A stretch of DNA of 64,000 bases from contig NC_083229.1 of assembly GCF_032191835.1 (NCBI RefSeq), positions 86,180,001-86,244,000 of the forward strand, read 5' to 3'. The notes under the pieces are model-generated. The model worked only from the letters and a program-made list of their open reading frames with translations. It was not told the DNA's origin and made no database searches. The stretch's first letter is position 1. The number at the start of each line of letters is the position of its first letter. Below are positions 62,473 to 64,000 of the stretch, piece after piece. A program made the position numbers and the translations under genes. The DNA is from Heteronotia binoei. Taxonomy: Eukaryota.

Positions 62473-64000
62473 GCCTTGATTATGCAGGGCTTGCAAAAGT
62501 TTCACCCTTGCTTAGGTTCTGATGGCATTCTCTGGTTTGACATTGCTTCTGTTGCGCTTGCCAAGTTGGCTTGTTGTTCTGCTGGAATTCCCTGGTTCTT
62601 CATTGACTCTATTGGGCTTGTTGGTTGTGTTTGCATGGGAGGTACTTGATCAATGGTTCTTACAGCATACACAAGTATATCTTGCTGCTGGCTTTTGCAA
62701 GAGTGCAGTATATTTCAGTGGCACTCTGTTTATTTACTACCAAGATTACCAATCAGCATTTATATGCAGTTCTGGTTTGGATGCAAGTGACTACTTCTTT
62801 TATTGAATTAGTTGAATTCACAATTTTGAGAACAATCCTTAAATTGCCTAGGTATGCACCTACTGTGGCTCCCAGATTAGCAACTGGTTTTACATCACAC
62901 ATACATTTGGCTTGGCTGCAGTCTTTAGATTTAGAATCTGACTTCTGTTCATCAGTGATCAGAACAATTTTCTTTACAGCTTAATGAATAATCCTTATAC
63001 TCCAACTTGGCTTAATTTACTAGATAAGAAATTGACCACTTTTGGTCTTTTCCCTTAAGATAATTTCTCCCTTTTCCCTTCCTCACACACAGAATTTTCC
63101 TTTTGTTTCTTCTTTCTTGCTGAGCAGCCCCTACATCTATTTTCTTCATATTTGTTAGTCTATGGCTATCCCACCCTGTCATGTTATTATATATTTTGAT
63201 GCTGGCCCAACCCAGGGACTTGAGAGAAGAGACAAAATACCTGCTAGTATTATACTTCTGCAATGGTACAAAAGAGGCTTTTGAAAGTTCAAAAATAAAA
63301 TATTGTATTTATCTTCAAGGAAAAAATATCAAGTGGAATCAGGGGTAGGAAGCAAACCAATAATAAAAACTTATGTAACTTTGTAATCACACTAAATCCA
63401 GCTAATAAGTTGCCAACAAGTGAGTGTTTTTGCTTTTCCACAAGGTCTTTGAGAAGAGAGACTTTCTTTTCAGTTTGTGTTTTAACACTCAAGCATAGGT
63501 TTCTGAGTTTCACTGACGCTTCAGCTTTAGAAGGTAGAAACATACAAGCCAGTTCCCAAAATCCTTTTTCATACACAGACCAGGGATCACTCATGTTTCA
63601 AAAGATATCTCCCTTTGCCCTGGGAAGGGATTACTTCTCTTAACTAAAAAGTGATGGCCCTTTTCAACTTGAATGGGGATCCTTGTTGATTTACTCACTT
63701 TTTCTTTGCCTCCTTCCCAGTCTTCAATCTGTGCTCAACTCTATCTTCTGGAATAAATAAATGGCCATTCCCAACTGTCATTTCTGAAATGACTATCTTC
63801 ACAGAAAACTGTTTGAACATCCTGTCACTCAAAGGTTCTTCAGACTTCTGCAAGGCATTAACCTTTGAGAGGCCTGTAGCCAGAAAATTTTCATTGGGGG
63901 AGCAGTGGGGAAACCAGTGGGACGTGATGTCACTTCTGACATCATGTAATTTAAGAATACAATAAATATACTCAAGCAGAGATTAAAATAAAAGGTCTCT

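Overview
Vertebrate genomic DNA, most likely a squamate and probably a gecko (inferred from the SINE and LINE content). The only host exon I can identify is a 269-bp MAM-domain coding exon of the receptor tyrosine phosphatase PTPRM (38769-39037, + strand), so the rest of the window is its two flanking introns. These introns are densely filled with transposable elements. The main ones are: (1) a very young Ty3/Gypsy (Mag-like) LTR retrotransposon with identical 258-bp LTRs, a CCTAT target-site duplication (TSD) and one homopolymer frameshift; (2) a decayed tyrosine-recombinase retrotransposon of Ngaro type with a 3' SGNH-hydrolase ORF and a shared 4-nt GTTT core at both junctions; (3) three Penelope-like element (PLE) insertions, each with a minimal hammerhead ribozyme motif, one nested inside a hAT MITE; (4) L2, CR1, L1/Tx1 and RTE-X-like LINE fragments; (5) tRNA-derived and 5S-derived SINEs; (6) solo LTRs; (7) hAT and PIF/Harbinger MITEs with TSDs. 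Several decayed coding-like tracts could not be identified. No database searches were run: family names come from motif recognition, and all alignments were done by eye.
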